DNA from: an uncultured delta proteobacterium
GTDB lineage: Bacteria; Myxococcota; Myxococcia; Myxococcales; 40CM-4-68-19
Reading direction: 5' to 3'
DNA: 64,000 bases
Assembly (NCBI GenBank): GCA_903911145.1
Contig: CAIWCD010000001.1
Location: 1 to 64,000, forward strand
Part shown: one piece after another, positions 52,913 to 62,576 of the stretch
Layout: the number at the start of each line of letters is the position of its first letter
Position numbering within the stretch: the first letter of the stretch is position 1
Notes under the pieces: model-generated
What the model was told of the DNA's origin: nothing
Databases searched by the model: none
Seen by the model: the letters and a program-made list of their open reading frames with translations, nothing else
Made by a program: the position numbers and the translations under genes

Positions 52913-53944
52913 ATGACGGCTCCACTGCGAAACCTGCTGCTGGCTCTCTGCTTGCTTTCATCGTCGGCCTACGCCGCCGGGCCCACGCTCGAGGAGCAGG
53001 CGCGAAGCATCTTCAAGCCGCTCCCGGCGCGGTTCGAGTCGGCGACAAACCCGATCACTCCGCAGAAGGTGGCGCTCGGGCGGTTGCTCTTCTTCGACAA
53101 GCGGCTCTCGAAGAATCACGACGTCAGCTGCAACAGCTGCCACGCGCTCGACAAGTACGGAGTCGACGGCCTCGCGACCTCTACCGGGCATCGCCAGCAG
53201 AAGGGCGCGCGCAACGCCCCGACCGTCTACAACGCCGGCGACCACTTCGCGCAGTTCTGGGATGGCCGCGCCGCGACGCTCGAGGAGCAGGCCAAGGGCC
53301 CCGTGCTCAATCCGGTCGAGATGGCGATGAGCGACCCGGCCGCCGTCGAGAAGGTGGTCGCCTCGATCCCCAGCTACGCGCCGCTCTTTGCAAAAGCGTT
53401 CCCCGGAGAGAAGACGCCGATCACGTTCGACCGCATCGCCCTCGCGATCGGCGCCTTCGAGCGCACGCTGGTGACGCCCTCGCGGTTCGACGCCTACCTG
53501 AAAGGGGATGCAAACGCGCTCGACGCCGCGGAGAAGAAGGGGCTCGGGCTGTTCATTTCGCAGGGCTGCGTCGCTTGCCACAACGGCTCTGCGGTCGGAG
53601 GCGGCATGTACCAGAAGCTCGGCCTCATCGAGCCGGTCGCGGGCCTTGTGGACGAAGGCCGCTCGGCAGTCACGAAGAATCCCGACGACAAGTTCCACTT
53701 CAAGGTCCCCGGCCTGCGCAACGTCGACAAGACCGGGCCTTATCTCCACGACGGCAGCATTGCCACGCTCGACGCGATGGTGATCTTCATGGCTCGACAC
53801 CAACTCGGGAAGGCGCTCGCGAGCGAGGACGTCACGTCGATCGTCCAGTTCCTTCACGCGCTCACCGGCCCGCTCCCCAGAGACGTCTCGGCGCCGAAGA
53901 CGCTCCCCTCCGGGAAGCTGACGCCGAAAGGAGATCCGACGTGA
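52913..53944 (+). CDS. Di-heme cytochrome c peroxidase (CcpA/MauG family)
   Basis: Signal peptide; LGRLLFFDKRLS, CNSCH, RNAPTVYN, QFWDGRA, NPVEM, CVACH, FKVPGLRNV..TGPYLHDG. Confidence 0.95.
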   Translation: MTAPLRNLLLALCLLSSSAYAAGPTLEEQARSIFKPLPARFESATNPITPQKVALGRLLFFDKRLSKNHDVSCNSCHALDKYGVDGLATSTGHRQQKGARNAPTVYNAGDHFAQFWDGRAATLEEQAKGPVLNPVEMAMSDPAAVEKVVASIPSYAPLFAKAFPGEKTPITFDRIALAIGAFERTLVTPSRFDAYLKGDANALDAAEKKGLGLFISQGCVACHNGSAVGGGMYQKLGLIEPVAGLVDEGRSAVTKNPDDKFHFKVPGLRNVDKTGPYLHDGSIATLDAMVIFMARHQLGKALASEDVTSIVQFLHALTGPLPRDVSAPKTLPSGKLTPKGDPT

Positions 53945-53971
53945 ACGACTCCATGCTCAAGGTCCCGCGCG

Positions 53972-56617
53972 ATGCCCCGCCTCGCCGCTAGCACAAGCAG
54001 TGCGTCTGGAGGCTCTCCGGCGCATCGCGGCCCCAGGGTCCTCAGCCTCGACGGCCTCACTGGACTCGCGCAGTCTGAGGCCGTCGCGCGCCTCGAGCGC
54101 GAGGGCCCCAACGAGCTGCCCGGCACGCGCAACCGCGGCCTCTTCGCCATCGTTCTCGAGGTGGTACGCGAGCCGATGTTTCTCATGCTGCTCGCGGCCG
54201 GCACCATCTACCTCCTGATGGGCGAGCCCACCGACGCGCTCCTGCTGCTCGGCTTCGTCTGCCTCGTCATGGGCATCACGATCGTGCAGGAGCGGCGCAC
54301 CGAGCATGCACTGGAGGCGCTGCGCGATCTCTCAAGTCCGCGCGCACTGGTGATCCGCGACGGGGAGAGGCGGAGGATCTCCGGCCGCGAGGTGGTCCGC
54401 GGCGATCTCGTGGTGCTTGCCGAGGGGGATCGAATTCCGGCCGATGGGCTGGTGCGCGGCGCGCTCAACCTCTGCGTCGATGAATCGCTGCTCACCGGTG
54501 AATCGATGCCCGTGCGCAAGCAGCGCGCCGAAGAGGGCCCGGAGACGCTACGCGCGCTCGACAAGCCGGGCGGCGACGATCTGCCGTCGGTCTTCTCCGG
54601 AACGCTGGTGACGGCGGGGCAAGGCGTGGTCGAGATCCTCGCCACTGGTGCGAACGCGGAACTCGGCAAGATCGGCAAGGCGCTGGCGCAGACGAAGACC
54701 GAGGTGACCGCGCTGCAGAAGGAGACGCGGCGGATCGTGCGCATCCTTGCGATCGCCGGTCTCGGTGCCTGCGCGGTGGTGGTGGTGGCGTTCGCGCTCA
54801 CCCGCGGTGGCAGCGCCGACGCCTGGCGACAGGGATTCCTCGCCGGGATTGCGATGGCGATGGCCATCCTCCCCGAAGAGTTTCCCGTCGTGCTGACCAT
54901 CTTCCTCGCGCTCGGCGCCTGGCGCCTCTCGCGCAGCCGCGTGCTGACCCGGCGGATGCCGGCAGTGGAAATGCTCGGCGCGGCCACGGTGCTCTGCGTC
55001 GACAAGACCGGCACGCTGACGCAGAACCAGATGACGCTTCGCTGTCTGGCGTCACCCGGGAGCACGGCAGACCTCGCGGCGCTCAACGGAACGCTGCCCG
55101 AGGTGCAACACCTGCTCCTCGAAGAGTCGATCCTCGCCAGCAAGAAGGATCCGTTCGACCCGATGGAGCGCGCGCTGCACGAGGCGGGAGATCGGTTCGT
55201 CGCCGGGACCGAGCATCTGCACCCGGCCTGGACGCTGGTGCGCGAGTACCCGCTCTCGCCCGCGCTGCTCGCAGTCACGCACGCATGGAAGCGCGGACCG
55301 GGCGAGCCCGACGATGGCCTCCTCGTGCTCGCGAGCAAGGGCGCGCCCGAGGCAATCGCCGACCTCTGCCACCTCGCTGGCGACGAGCGAGCAGCGCTGC
55401 TTGCGTCAGTGGCCACGCTCGCCACACGGGGCCTGCGCGTGCTTGCGGTCGCGCGGGGCACGGTCGCCGAGAACGTTCTGCCGGAACTGAATCACGACCT
55501 TGCACTCACGTTCGTCGGACTGCTCGGCTTCGAGGACCCGCTGCGCGAATCCGTGCCAGCGGCAGTTGCTGAGTGCCGGGCGGCGGGCGTGCGCGTGGTC
55601 ATGATCACTGGCGACTATCCCGCAACGGCCCAGAGCATTGCCGCGCTCGCCGGCCTCGATCACGCCGAAGTGGTGCTGACCGGAAAAGATCTCGACTCCC
55701 TCTCCGACGCGCAGTTGCAGGAGCAGGCTGCCCGCGTGCAGGTCTTCGCGCGGGTGGTGCCGGCACAGAAGCTGCGCATCGTCGAGGCGCTCAAGGCGAG
55801 CGGCGAGATCGTCGCGATGACCGGCGACGGCGTGAACGACGCTCCCGCGCTCAAGGCAGCCCACATCGGCATCGCCATGGGCGGCCGCGGCACAGACGTG
55901 GCGCGCGAGGCCGCCTCGCTCGTTCTGCTCGACGACGACTTCACCTCGATCGTGACCGCAGTGCGGGTGGGCCGGCGCATCTACGACAACATCAAGAAGG
56001 CGATTGTCTTCATTGTCGCGGTGCACATTCCGATCGCGGGCCTCTCGATGCTTCCGGTCTTCTTCGCCGGCTGGCCGCTGCTGCTGCTGCCCGTCCACAT
56101 CGCGTTCCTGCAGCTGATCATCGATCCGGCCTGCACGCTGATCTTCGAATCGGAAGCAGCGGAGTCCGACGTGATGCGACGCCCGCCGCGCGACCCCAGA
56201 GAGGGCCTCTTCTCTCGAGCGACGCTGACGGTCGCGCTGCTGCAGGGCCTGAGCATCCTCGCGGTCTGCATCGGGGTGTTCCTGTTCGCACGGCGAGAGC
56301 ACTCTGCGGACGCGGCGCGGGCCCTCACCTTCGCGACGCTGGTGGTCGCGTTCCTGGTGGTGATTCTCGTCAACCGCTCTTGGACACGCTCGGCGTTGGC
56401 GATGCTGCGCGTCCCGAATCCAGCGGTGCGCTGGGTGGTCGCCGGCGCGCTGGTGCTGCTGACGCTCGCGTTGGCGGTGCCGCTTCTCCAGCGGATGTTC
56501 CACTTCGCGCCCCTCCACACCGATGACCTCTGCCTCTCGCTCGCGGCGGGGCTTGTCTGCGTGCTCTGGTTCGAGGTGGTCAAGCGAGTTCGGCGGCCGC
56601 AGAAGTTTGCGACGTGA
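53972..56617 (+). CDS. Cation-translocating P-type ATPase (P2-type, Ca2+ ATPase-like)
   Basis: DESLLTGES, PEEFP, DKTGTLT, KGAPE, MITGD, TGDGVNDAPAL. Confidence 0.95.
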   Translation: MPRLAASTSSASGGSPAHRGPRVLSLDGLTGLAQSEAVARLEREGPNELPGTRNRGLFAIVLEVVREPMFLMLLAAGTIYLLMGEPTDALLLLGFVCLVMGITIVQERRTEHALEALRDLSSPRALVIRDGERRRISGREVVRGDLVVLAEGDRIPADGLVRGALNLCVDESLLTGESMPVRKQRAEEGPETLRALDKPGGDDLPSVFSGTLVTAGQGVVEILATGANAELGKIGKALAQTKTEVTALQKETRRIVRILAIAGLGACAVVVVAFALTRGGSADAWRQGFLAGIAMAMAILPEEFPVVLTIFLALGAWRLSRSRVLTRRMPAVEMLGAATVLCVDKTGTLTQNQMTLRCLASPGSTADLAALNGTLPEVQHLLLEESILASKKDPFDPMERALHEAGDRFVAGTEHLHPAWTLVREYPLSPALLAVTHAWKRGPGEPDDGLLVLASKGAPEAIADLCHLAGDERAALLASVATLATRGLRVLAVARGTVAENVLPELNHDLALTFVGLLGFEDPLRESVPAAVAECRAAGVRVVMITGDYPATAQSIAALAGLDHAEVVLTGKDLDSLSDAQLQEQAARVQVFARVVPAQKLRIVEALKASGEIVAMTGDGVNDAPALKAAHIGIAMGGRGTDVAREAASLVLLDDDFTSIVTAVRVGRRIYDNIKKAIVFIVAVHIPIAGLSMLPVFFAGWPLLLLPVHIAFLQLIIDPACTLIFESEAAESDVMRRPPRDPREGLFSRATLTVALLQGLSILAVCIGVFLFARREHSADAARALTFATLVVAFLVVILVNRSWTRSALAMLRVPNPAVRWVVAGALVLLTLALAVPLLQRMFHFAPLHTDDLCLSLAAGLVCVLWFEVVKRVRRPQKFAT

Positions 56618-56724
56618 CCGCACTCATCACCGGAGCACAGGCCAGCCCGCGCTCGGCAATTCGAGTTTCCATCCCTCGACCGGCCGTTCGATTTTCAGTG
56701 CGGGCGTGCTAGACCGCGCCCTCC

Positions 56725-58425
56725 ATGGACTTCGCCGACCAGCTCCGCACCGAGACCGCTCGGCGCCGTACGTTCGCCATCATCTCGCACCCCGACGCGG
56801 GCAAGACGACGCTGACCGAGAAGCTCTTGCTTCACGGCGGCGCGATCCACCTCGCGGGAGCCGTGAAGGCGCGCGGCGCGCAACGCCACGCCACCAGCGA
56901 CTGGATGGAGCTCGAGAAGCAGCGCGGAATTTCGATCACCTCGAGCGTGCTCCAGTTCGGCCACCGGGGCTGCGTGATCAATCTGCTCGATACGCCAGGC
57001 CACCAGGACTTCTCCGAAGACACCTATCGAACCCTCTCGGCCGCCGACGCTGCCGTGATGCTCATCGACTCGGCAAAGGGCGTCGAAACGCAGACGAAGA
57101 AACTTTTCCAGGTCTGCCGCCGCCGCGGAATTCCCATCTTCACGTTCATCAACAAGATGGACCGCCCCGGCCGCGATCCGTTTGATCTGCTCCACGAGGT
57201 CGAGGAAGTGCTCGGCATCCGCACTGTCCCGATCACCTGGCCGATCGGCAGCGGCAATGAGTTCAAGGGGGTCACGCACCTCTTCGACAAGCTCGGCGAG
57301 CCGACGCACCGCAAGTCCGATCCGCTCGCGCTCGAGGAGGGCGAGGATAGTTCCGCGATAGCAGCTGCGGAGGCTGCACATATCGACGCCTTGTCGCGCG
57401 GAGAACGCACGCCGGCCACGGGGAGCGCGGGCCTGCGCGCACGCGCGCTTGGCGAGACGCGATATGATTCAATCCGCGAGCAATTGGATCTATTGCACGC
57501 AGCCGGCGACGATTTCGATATGGCCAAGGTATTGCGCGGCGAGCTCTCGCCTGCGTTCTTCGGCTCGGCGCATACCGAAGTCGGCATCGACGAATTCCTC
57601 GACGCGTTCGTCACCATCGCGCCACCGCCGGGCCCGCGCACACTCTCCACCGGCGAGAAGCTGCAGCCGAGCGCGCCCTCCTTCACCGGCTTCGTCTTCA
57701 AGATCCAGGCGAACATGGATCCCGCGCACCGCGATCGCCTCTCGTTCCTGCGCGTCTGCTCGGGCCATTTCACGCGCGGCATGGACGCCAGGCTCTGCCG
57801 CGGCGGCGAGAGCAAAGCGATTCGATTGGCGATGCCGCACCAGCTGTTCGGCCAGGAGCGCGTGGTGATTGAAGAGGCGTGGCCGGGAGACGTCATTGGC
57901 CTCTTCGACACGGGCAATCTTCGCATCGGCGATACCCTCGTCGAGGCGGCAGCGCCGGCAATGGAATTCATCGAGCTGCCCCGCTTCTCGCCGGAAATCT
58001 TCGCGCGCCTGCGCAGCAAGGACGCGCTCAAGCGCAAGCAGCTGCAGACGGGTCTCGCGCAGCTCGGCGAAGAGGGCGTCATCCAGGTCTTCGCGCAGCG
58101 CGGATTGGGCGAAAAGGATCCGATCGTCGGCGCGGTCGGCGCATTGCAACTCGAGGTGCTGCAATATCGATTGCTTCACGAGTATCGCGCCGAGGTGATT
58201 CTCGAACGGTTGCCTTATCAGGTCGCGCGCTGGGTGGTCGGCGAGGGATTCGACGCCGGGCGATTTGAAACCGAGACGGATTGTTTAATCGTCGAGGATC
58301 GCGATGCGCAGCCCGTCTCGCTCTTCAAGAGCGAATGGAATCTCAACTATGCCGCGGGCAAACACGAGGGCTGGCAGTTCCTCGCAGCCGCGCCGCCTGT
58401 CGTACGCAACGCGAAGAAGAAGTAA
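56725..58425 (+). CDS. prfC: Peptide chain release factor 3
   Basis: RRTFAIISHPDAGKTTLTEK, SDWMELEKQRGISITSS, DTPGHQDFSEDTYR, NKMD, FKIQANMDP.HRDR, GAVG.LQ. Confidence 0.97.
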   Translation: MDFADQLRTETARRRTFAIISHPDAGKTTLTEKLLLHGGAIHLAGAVKARGAQRHATSDWMELEKQRGISITSSVLQFGHRGCVINLLDTPGHQDFSEDTYRTLSAADAAVMLIDSAKGVETQTKKLFQVCRRRGIPIFTFINKMDRPGRDPFDLLHEVEEVLGIRTVPITWPIGSGNEFKGVTHLFDKLGEPTHRKSDPLALEEGEDSSAIAAAEAAHIDALSRGERTPATGSAGLRARALGETRYDSIREQLDLLHAAGDDFDMAKVLRGELSPAFFGSAHTEVGIDEFLDAFVTIAPPPGPRTLSTGEKLQPSAPSFTGFVFKIQANMDPAHRDRLSFLRVCSGHFTRGMDARLCRGGESKAIRLAMPHQLFGQERVVIEEAWPGDVIGLFDTGNLRIGDTLVEAAAPAMEFIELPRFSPEIFARLRSKDALKRKQLQTGLAQLGEEGVIQVFAQRGLGEKDPIVGAVGALQLEVLQYRLLHEYRAEVILERLPYQVARWVVGEGFDAGRFETETDCLIVEDRDAQPVSLFKSEWNLNYAAGKHEGWQFLAAAPPVVRNAKKK

Positions 58426-58456
58426 TCGCAGCGATTGCTGCGTCGAGGGATTCGAT

Positions 58457-58942
58457 ATGCAATCGAAAGCCATTCGCTGGAGCGCGGGAGTCCTCTTCGG
58501 CGCAGCGATTGCTGCCGGATACGATGGACTCGCGCAGCTCCTGGTTCTCTTCGCGGAAGAGTCGCGCGCGATTCACGGCAGGCATTCAATTCTCCCGCCC
58601 ATTGCCGCAGCAATGAGCGCACTGGTCGGAATCCTCGCCTGCCGGGCAATCGTCTCCACGAACGAAGGTCCGGCGTTGCTGCGTGCAACTGGTCGCTTCA
58701 TTGCTGCGCTCGGCAGCGCGACAGTCTGCACAGGTCCCATCCTCCTCTTCGGATTTCCGCAGCCGCGTTCCAGTCATCCAGGACATATGCCGGCAGCAGA
58801 TATGGCCGGAGGGATGATCGCGACACTGATTTCCCTCTGCGGCCTTCTCGTCGCGGCACTGGGCTTCGCGATGGTATTTGGCGCCTTCGTCTGGACGCGG
58901 GCCCGCAACCGAGCCGTCTTGCCCAGCGCGGCACCAGGATGA
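58457..58942 (+). CDS. Hypothetical integral membrane protein (~4 TM)
   Basis: GAGGGA then ATG (MQSKAIRW); four hydrophobic stretches; fills the gap in a co-directional gene run. Confidence 0.6.
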   Translation: MQSKAIRWSAGVLFGAAIAAGYDGLAQLLVLFAEESRAIHGRHSILPPIAAAMSALVGILACRAIVSTNEGPALLRATGRFIAALGSATVCTGPILLFGFPQPRSSHPGHMPAADMAGGMIATLISLCGLLVAALGFAMVFGAFVWTRARNRAVLPSAAPG

Positions 58943-59023
58943 AATTGCGCGCCCGCTCATTCGAACGTAGATCCTCCCCGCCGCGCACGCCGTGCGCCGC
59001 AGTAGCTGCTTGAAGGAGTACGA

Positions 59024-59485
59024 ATGTCGCGTCCGCTCCAGATCTTCCTCGGCCTCCTGCGCATCGCCGTGGGCATCTCGCTGCTCGGGCCGGCAATGCA
59101 TAAGATCTCCTGGTTTGCGCATCCAGCGCTCGAGCCGCAGCTCGCCAGTTGGCTCTCCCACTCGCCAAATCCGCTCACCTCGAAGTATCTCCATTTCATG
59201 ATCCCGCACGCGCAACTGCTCGCGCGGGTTGTCGCCGTCGGCGAGCTCGGCCTCGGATCGATGCTGCTGCTCGGCTTATTAACGCCGCTCGCCGCCGGCC
59301 TCGCCTTCATCATGGTGGCGAACTTCCATTTCGCCAGCGGCGCGATGCTCTCTCTCGATTACGTCACGGGCCAGGATGGCCTCGTCTATCTGCTGCTGTT
59401 TCCGGTGCTGCTCCTGGGCCGCGCGGGGCTCGCCGTCGGCGCAGATGGACTGCTGGGAAAGAAGATGTCTGGCGGCGGCCGTTAA
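59024..59485 (+). CDS. DoxX/DoxD-family membrane protein
   Basis: AAGGAG RBS; LLRI.VG, GELGLG..LLLGLLT.LAA, GADG motif. Confidence 0.85.
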   Translation: MSRPLQIFLGLLRIAVGISLLGPAMHKISWFAHPALEPQLASWLSHSPNPLTSKYLHFMIPHAQLLARVVAVGELGLGSMLLLGLLTPLAAGLAFIMVANFHFASGAMLSLDYVTGQDGLVYLLLFPVLLLGRAGLAVGADGLLGKKMSGGGR

Positions 59486-59517
59486 TCAATTGATGAGAAC
59501 CAACAGGAGCGCATGAC

Positions 59518-60558
59518 ATGATGAAGGGCGCGATCATTGGATTTGGATTCATCTCTGGCAAGGGTCACTATCCTGCCTATAAGCAGCGCAACGACGTGGA
59601 GATCGTCGCCATCGCTGATATCTGCCCGGGAAGCCTCGAGGCCGCGCGCAGAGCGGCTCCCAACGCGCGGATGTATACGAGCGCCGAAGAGTTGTTCGCC
59701 CATGAGACGCTCGATTTTGTCGATATCTCGACTCCTCCCTGCGACCATCTGCGCATTGCCCGGCTCGCCCTCGCGCATGGGGCGCACGTGCTCTGCGAGA
59801 AGCCGCTCGTCACTTCGGTCGAAGAGGCGCTCGCCCTCGTCGCCGCCGCGCGCGAACACAAGCGGGTCGTCTTCCCCGCGCACAACTACAAGCACGCGCC
59901 GGTGGTGAAGTTCGCCAAATCGATCATCGACAGCGGCCGCATCGGAACCATTCGCGCGGTGACGCTGAATACCTATCGGACCACGCACGCCAAAGGAGTT
60001 GCAGAGTGGCGCACCGATTGGCGCCGCGACCATAAGACCAGCGGCGGCGGCATCGCGATGGATCACGGCAGCCATAGTTTTTATCTGACGTTCGCCTGGC
60101 TCGGAACGCTGCCCACGCACGTCACCGCGAAGGCATTAACGCTCGATAAGCAGTGGGACACCGAGGATAACCTCAACTGCGTGCTTACCTTCCCCAATGG
60201 ATATGCCCACGCGTTCCTGACCTGGACGGCAGGCGTGCGCAAGGTCGTCTATTCGCTGCAGGGCTCGGATGGCGCGCTGGTGATTGACGATGACAACTGG
60301 GAATTGACCACCGGCAAGAACTCGGGAAAGCCGGTGCTCGAGAAGGGCGTCATTGAAAGCGATTGGATGGACGCCTCGCATACCAAGTGGTTCAACTCGC
60401 TCTTCGACCAGTTCAAGACCGCAATCAGCGAGGGTGACTTCGTCAACCGGGAACTGCGCGAGGCGGTGGGCTGCGTGCAGATCATCGAGACCTGCTATCG
60501 CTCGAATGCATCGGGCTGCCGCGAGTTGCCGCTGCCGCTCGACGTGCTGGCGATTTAA
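59518..60558 (+). CDS. Gfo/Idh/MocA family oxidoreductase
   Basis: IIGFGFI, ISTPP..H, HVLCEKP, SGGGIAMDHGSH. Confidence 0.93.
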   Translation: MMKGAIIGFGFISGKGHYPAYKQRNDVEIVAIADICPGSLEAARRAAPNARMYTSAEELFAHETLDFVDISTPPCDHLRIARLALAHGAHVLCEKPLVTSVEEALALVAAAREHKRVVFPAHNYKHAPVVKFAKSIIDSGRIGTIRAVTLNTYRTTHAKGVAEWRTDWRRDHKTSGGGIAMDHGSHSFYLTFAWLGTLPTHVTAKALTLDKQWDTEDNLNCVLTFPNGYAHAFLTWTAGVRKVVYSLQGSDGALVIDDDNWELTTGKNSGKPVLEKGVIESDWMDASHTKWFNSLFDQFKTAISEGDFVNRELREAVGCVQIIETCYRSNASGCRELPLPLDVLAI

Positions 60559-60561
60559 TCA

Positions 60562-61317
60562 ATGAGCGGACCTATCGTCATTACCGGCGCATCGTCTGGA
60601 ATCGGTGAGGCCTGCGCGCTCGCCTTCGCGCGCGAGGGACGCTCGCTCGTCCTCGGTGCGCGCCGTAGCGAGCGATTAAATGCGGTCGCGAAGGCTTGCA
60701 TGAAGGCCGGAGCGCCCGAGGCATTGGCGCTGTCGCTCGACGTGAAGTCGCTGGCCTCAATCACCGCGTTTGCCCGCGTCGCCAATGCGCTCAATCCATC
60801 CGTCCTGATTAACAACGCGGGCCTCGCGAAGGGGCGCGATCCCGTCGCGCAACTGCAGGACCACGACATCACCGAAATGATCGACGTCAACGTCACGGGG
60901 TTCCTCCGCGTGGCGCGTGCGTTTCTCCCGGGAATGATCGAACGCAAAGGCGGACATATCGTCAATCTCGGCTCACTCGCGGGTCGCGAAATCTATGAAG
61001 GCGGCGCGGTCTATTGCGCGACCAAGTATGCCGTGCGTGCCATCTCCCAGACGCTGCGCCTCGAACTCTCCGGGACGGGTATCCGCGTCACCGAGATCGC
61101 GCCAGGACTGGTCGAGACGGAGTTCTCCATTGTCCGCACCGGCGACATCGAGAAGGCCAAGCTGCCCTACCAGGGAATCGATCCATTGACTGCCGTTGAT
61201 ATCGCCGACTGCGTTACGTGGGCGGTCAATCGCCCCGCGCATATCAACATCGGGGAGATTGTATTGACCCCCGTTGCGCAAGCATCAGTCAGCAAGGTTT
61301 CGCGGCGGCCAGTTTGA
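60562..61317 (+). CDS. Short-chain dehydrogenase/reductase (YdfG-like)
   Basis: TGASSGIG, INNAG, NLGS, YCATK, PGLVETEFS, RPAHINI. Confidence 0.93.
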   Translation: MSGPIVITGASSGIGEACALAFAREGRSLVLGARRSERLNAVAKACMKAGAPEALALSLDVKSLASITAFARVANALNPSVLINNAGLAKGRDPVAQLQDHDITEMIDVNVTGFLRVARAFLPGMIERKGGHIVNLGSLAGREIYEGGAVYCATKYAVRAISQTLRLELSGTGIRVTEIAPGLVETEFSIVRTGDIEKAKLPYQGIDPLTAVDIADCVTWAVNRPAHINIGEIVLTPVAQASVSKVSRRPV

Positions 61318-62576
61318 CCAGCGCGGGAGCAACAGCAGAGCATCGAGCTCCGATCCGCGCACTTCCGCGAATTGCGCTCGCGGTCATTGCAATCGTCCCA
61401 GCGCTCGTCATGCGCGTGGGAGGGATCCACGCAGAACCGCTCGCTGCGATCCTCGTCAATGGCAGCGCCGTTGTCGCCGCCGCTTTCCTCCTCGCCTGGG
61501 CCGCCGAAACAGCGCAGCAGGATATCTCGGGCAATCTCGCGATGGCGCTGCTCGCACTCATTGCCGTTCTCCCTGAATACGCGATCGATCTCTATTTCGG
61601 ATATTCCGCGGGCCACTCTCCCGATGCAGCGCGATATGCTGCCGCGAATATGACCGGCAGCAATCGATTGCTGCTTGGCCTCGGCTGGCCGTTCGTTCTC
61701 CTGCTGGTGTTTATCGGCAGTCGGTCGCGTGCGCGCAAGTCCGCGCCAGGAGCCGTTGCACCGCCGATCGTGACCGAGCTTCTCCTCGATCCCAGCCGAC
61801 GCATTGAATTGGCCGCGCTGGCCGTCGCCTCGCTCTGGTGTCTCGCGATTCCGTTTCGCCACCAGATTGGATTGGTCGACTCCGCAGTGCTGCTCGCGAT
61901 CTTCGCCGCTTATCTCGTTCGCGCTTCCCGCGAGGAGCACGACGAACCCGAGTTAATCGGCGTCGCCCAGGTCCTCGGGGATCTCCCCAGGCCCCAGCGG
62001 CGCGCGGCAATCATCTGCCTCTTCGTCTTCGCCGCAATTGCCGTCGTCGCGGCCGCACAACCGTTCGCCGACGCGCTTGTCTCGGGCGGACGTGCGCTGG
62101 GCCTCGACGAGTTTCTGCTCGTGCAGTGGCTTGCGCCGCTGGCGTCGGAGGCACCTGAGTTTCTCGTCGCCGCGATTCTCGCGCTGCGCGGCAACGGAAA
62201 CGCTGCCATCGGCGCCCTGCTCTCCTCGAAGGTGAATCAATGGACGATGCTCGTCGGCAGCCTGCCGCTCGCCCACCTTGCCGGCGGCGGCACCGGCTCG
62301 CTCCCTCTTGATGAGCGCCAGTTCGGCGAGCTCTTATTAACTGCAACGCAGGCGCTGCTTGGCTTCGCGGTTCTCTGCGACCTGCGGTTGCGCGTCGGCG
62401 AAGCGCTGCTGCTCGTCTCACTCTTCGTCTCGCAACTTTGCTTCCACCAGACGAACGTGCGGCTTGGATTCTCCGCTGCCTATCTAATCGCCGCGCTGGT
62501 TATCCTCGCGACCAAGCCGCGCGAACTTCGTGATATCGCGCGGGCCGCCGTGCACACGACGACCTCAAGCCAATGA
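61314..62576 (+). CDS. Na+/Ca2+ (cation:Ca2+) antiporter family protein
   Basis: Alpha repeats LIAVLPEY..AANMTGSNR and APLASEAPE..SSKVNQWT; TTG start overlaps the SDR stop. Confidence 0.88.
   Translation: MTSAGATAEHRAPIRALPRIALAVIAIVPALVMRVGGIHAEPLAAILVNGSAVVAAAFLLAWAAETAQQDISGNLAMALLALIAVLPEYAIDLYFGYSAGHSPDAARYAAANMTGSNRLLLGLGWPFVLLLVFIGSRSRARKSAPGAVAPPIVTELLLDPSRRIELAALAVASLWCLAIPFRHQIGLVDSAVLLAIFAAYLVRASREEHDEPELIGVAQVLGDLPRPQRRAAIICLFVFAAIAVVAAAQPFADALVSGGRALGLDEFLLVQWLAPLASEAPEFLVAAILALRGNGNAAIGALLSSKVNQWTMLVGSLPLAHLAGGGTGSLPLDERQFGELLLTATQALLGFAVLCDLRLRVGEALLLVSLFVSQLCFHQTNVRLGFSAAYLIAALVILATKPRELRDIARAAVHTTTSSQ

Noticed and set aside
52485..56725. tRNA-Ala-anchored or prfC-targeted integrative element
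   Set aside because: No integrase, and I found no duplicated tRNA 3' end or att-like direct repeat in the window.
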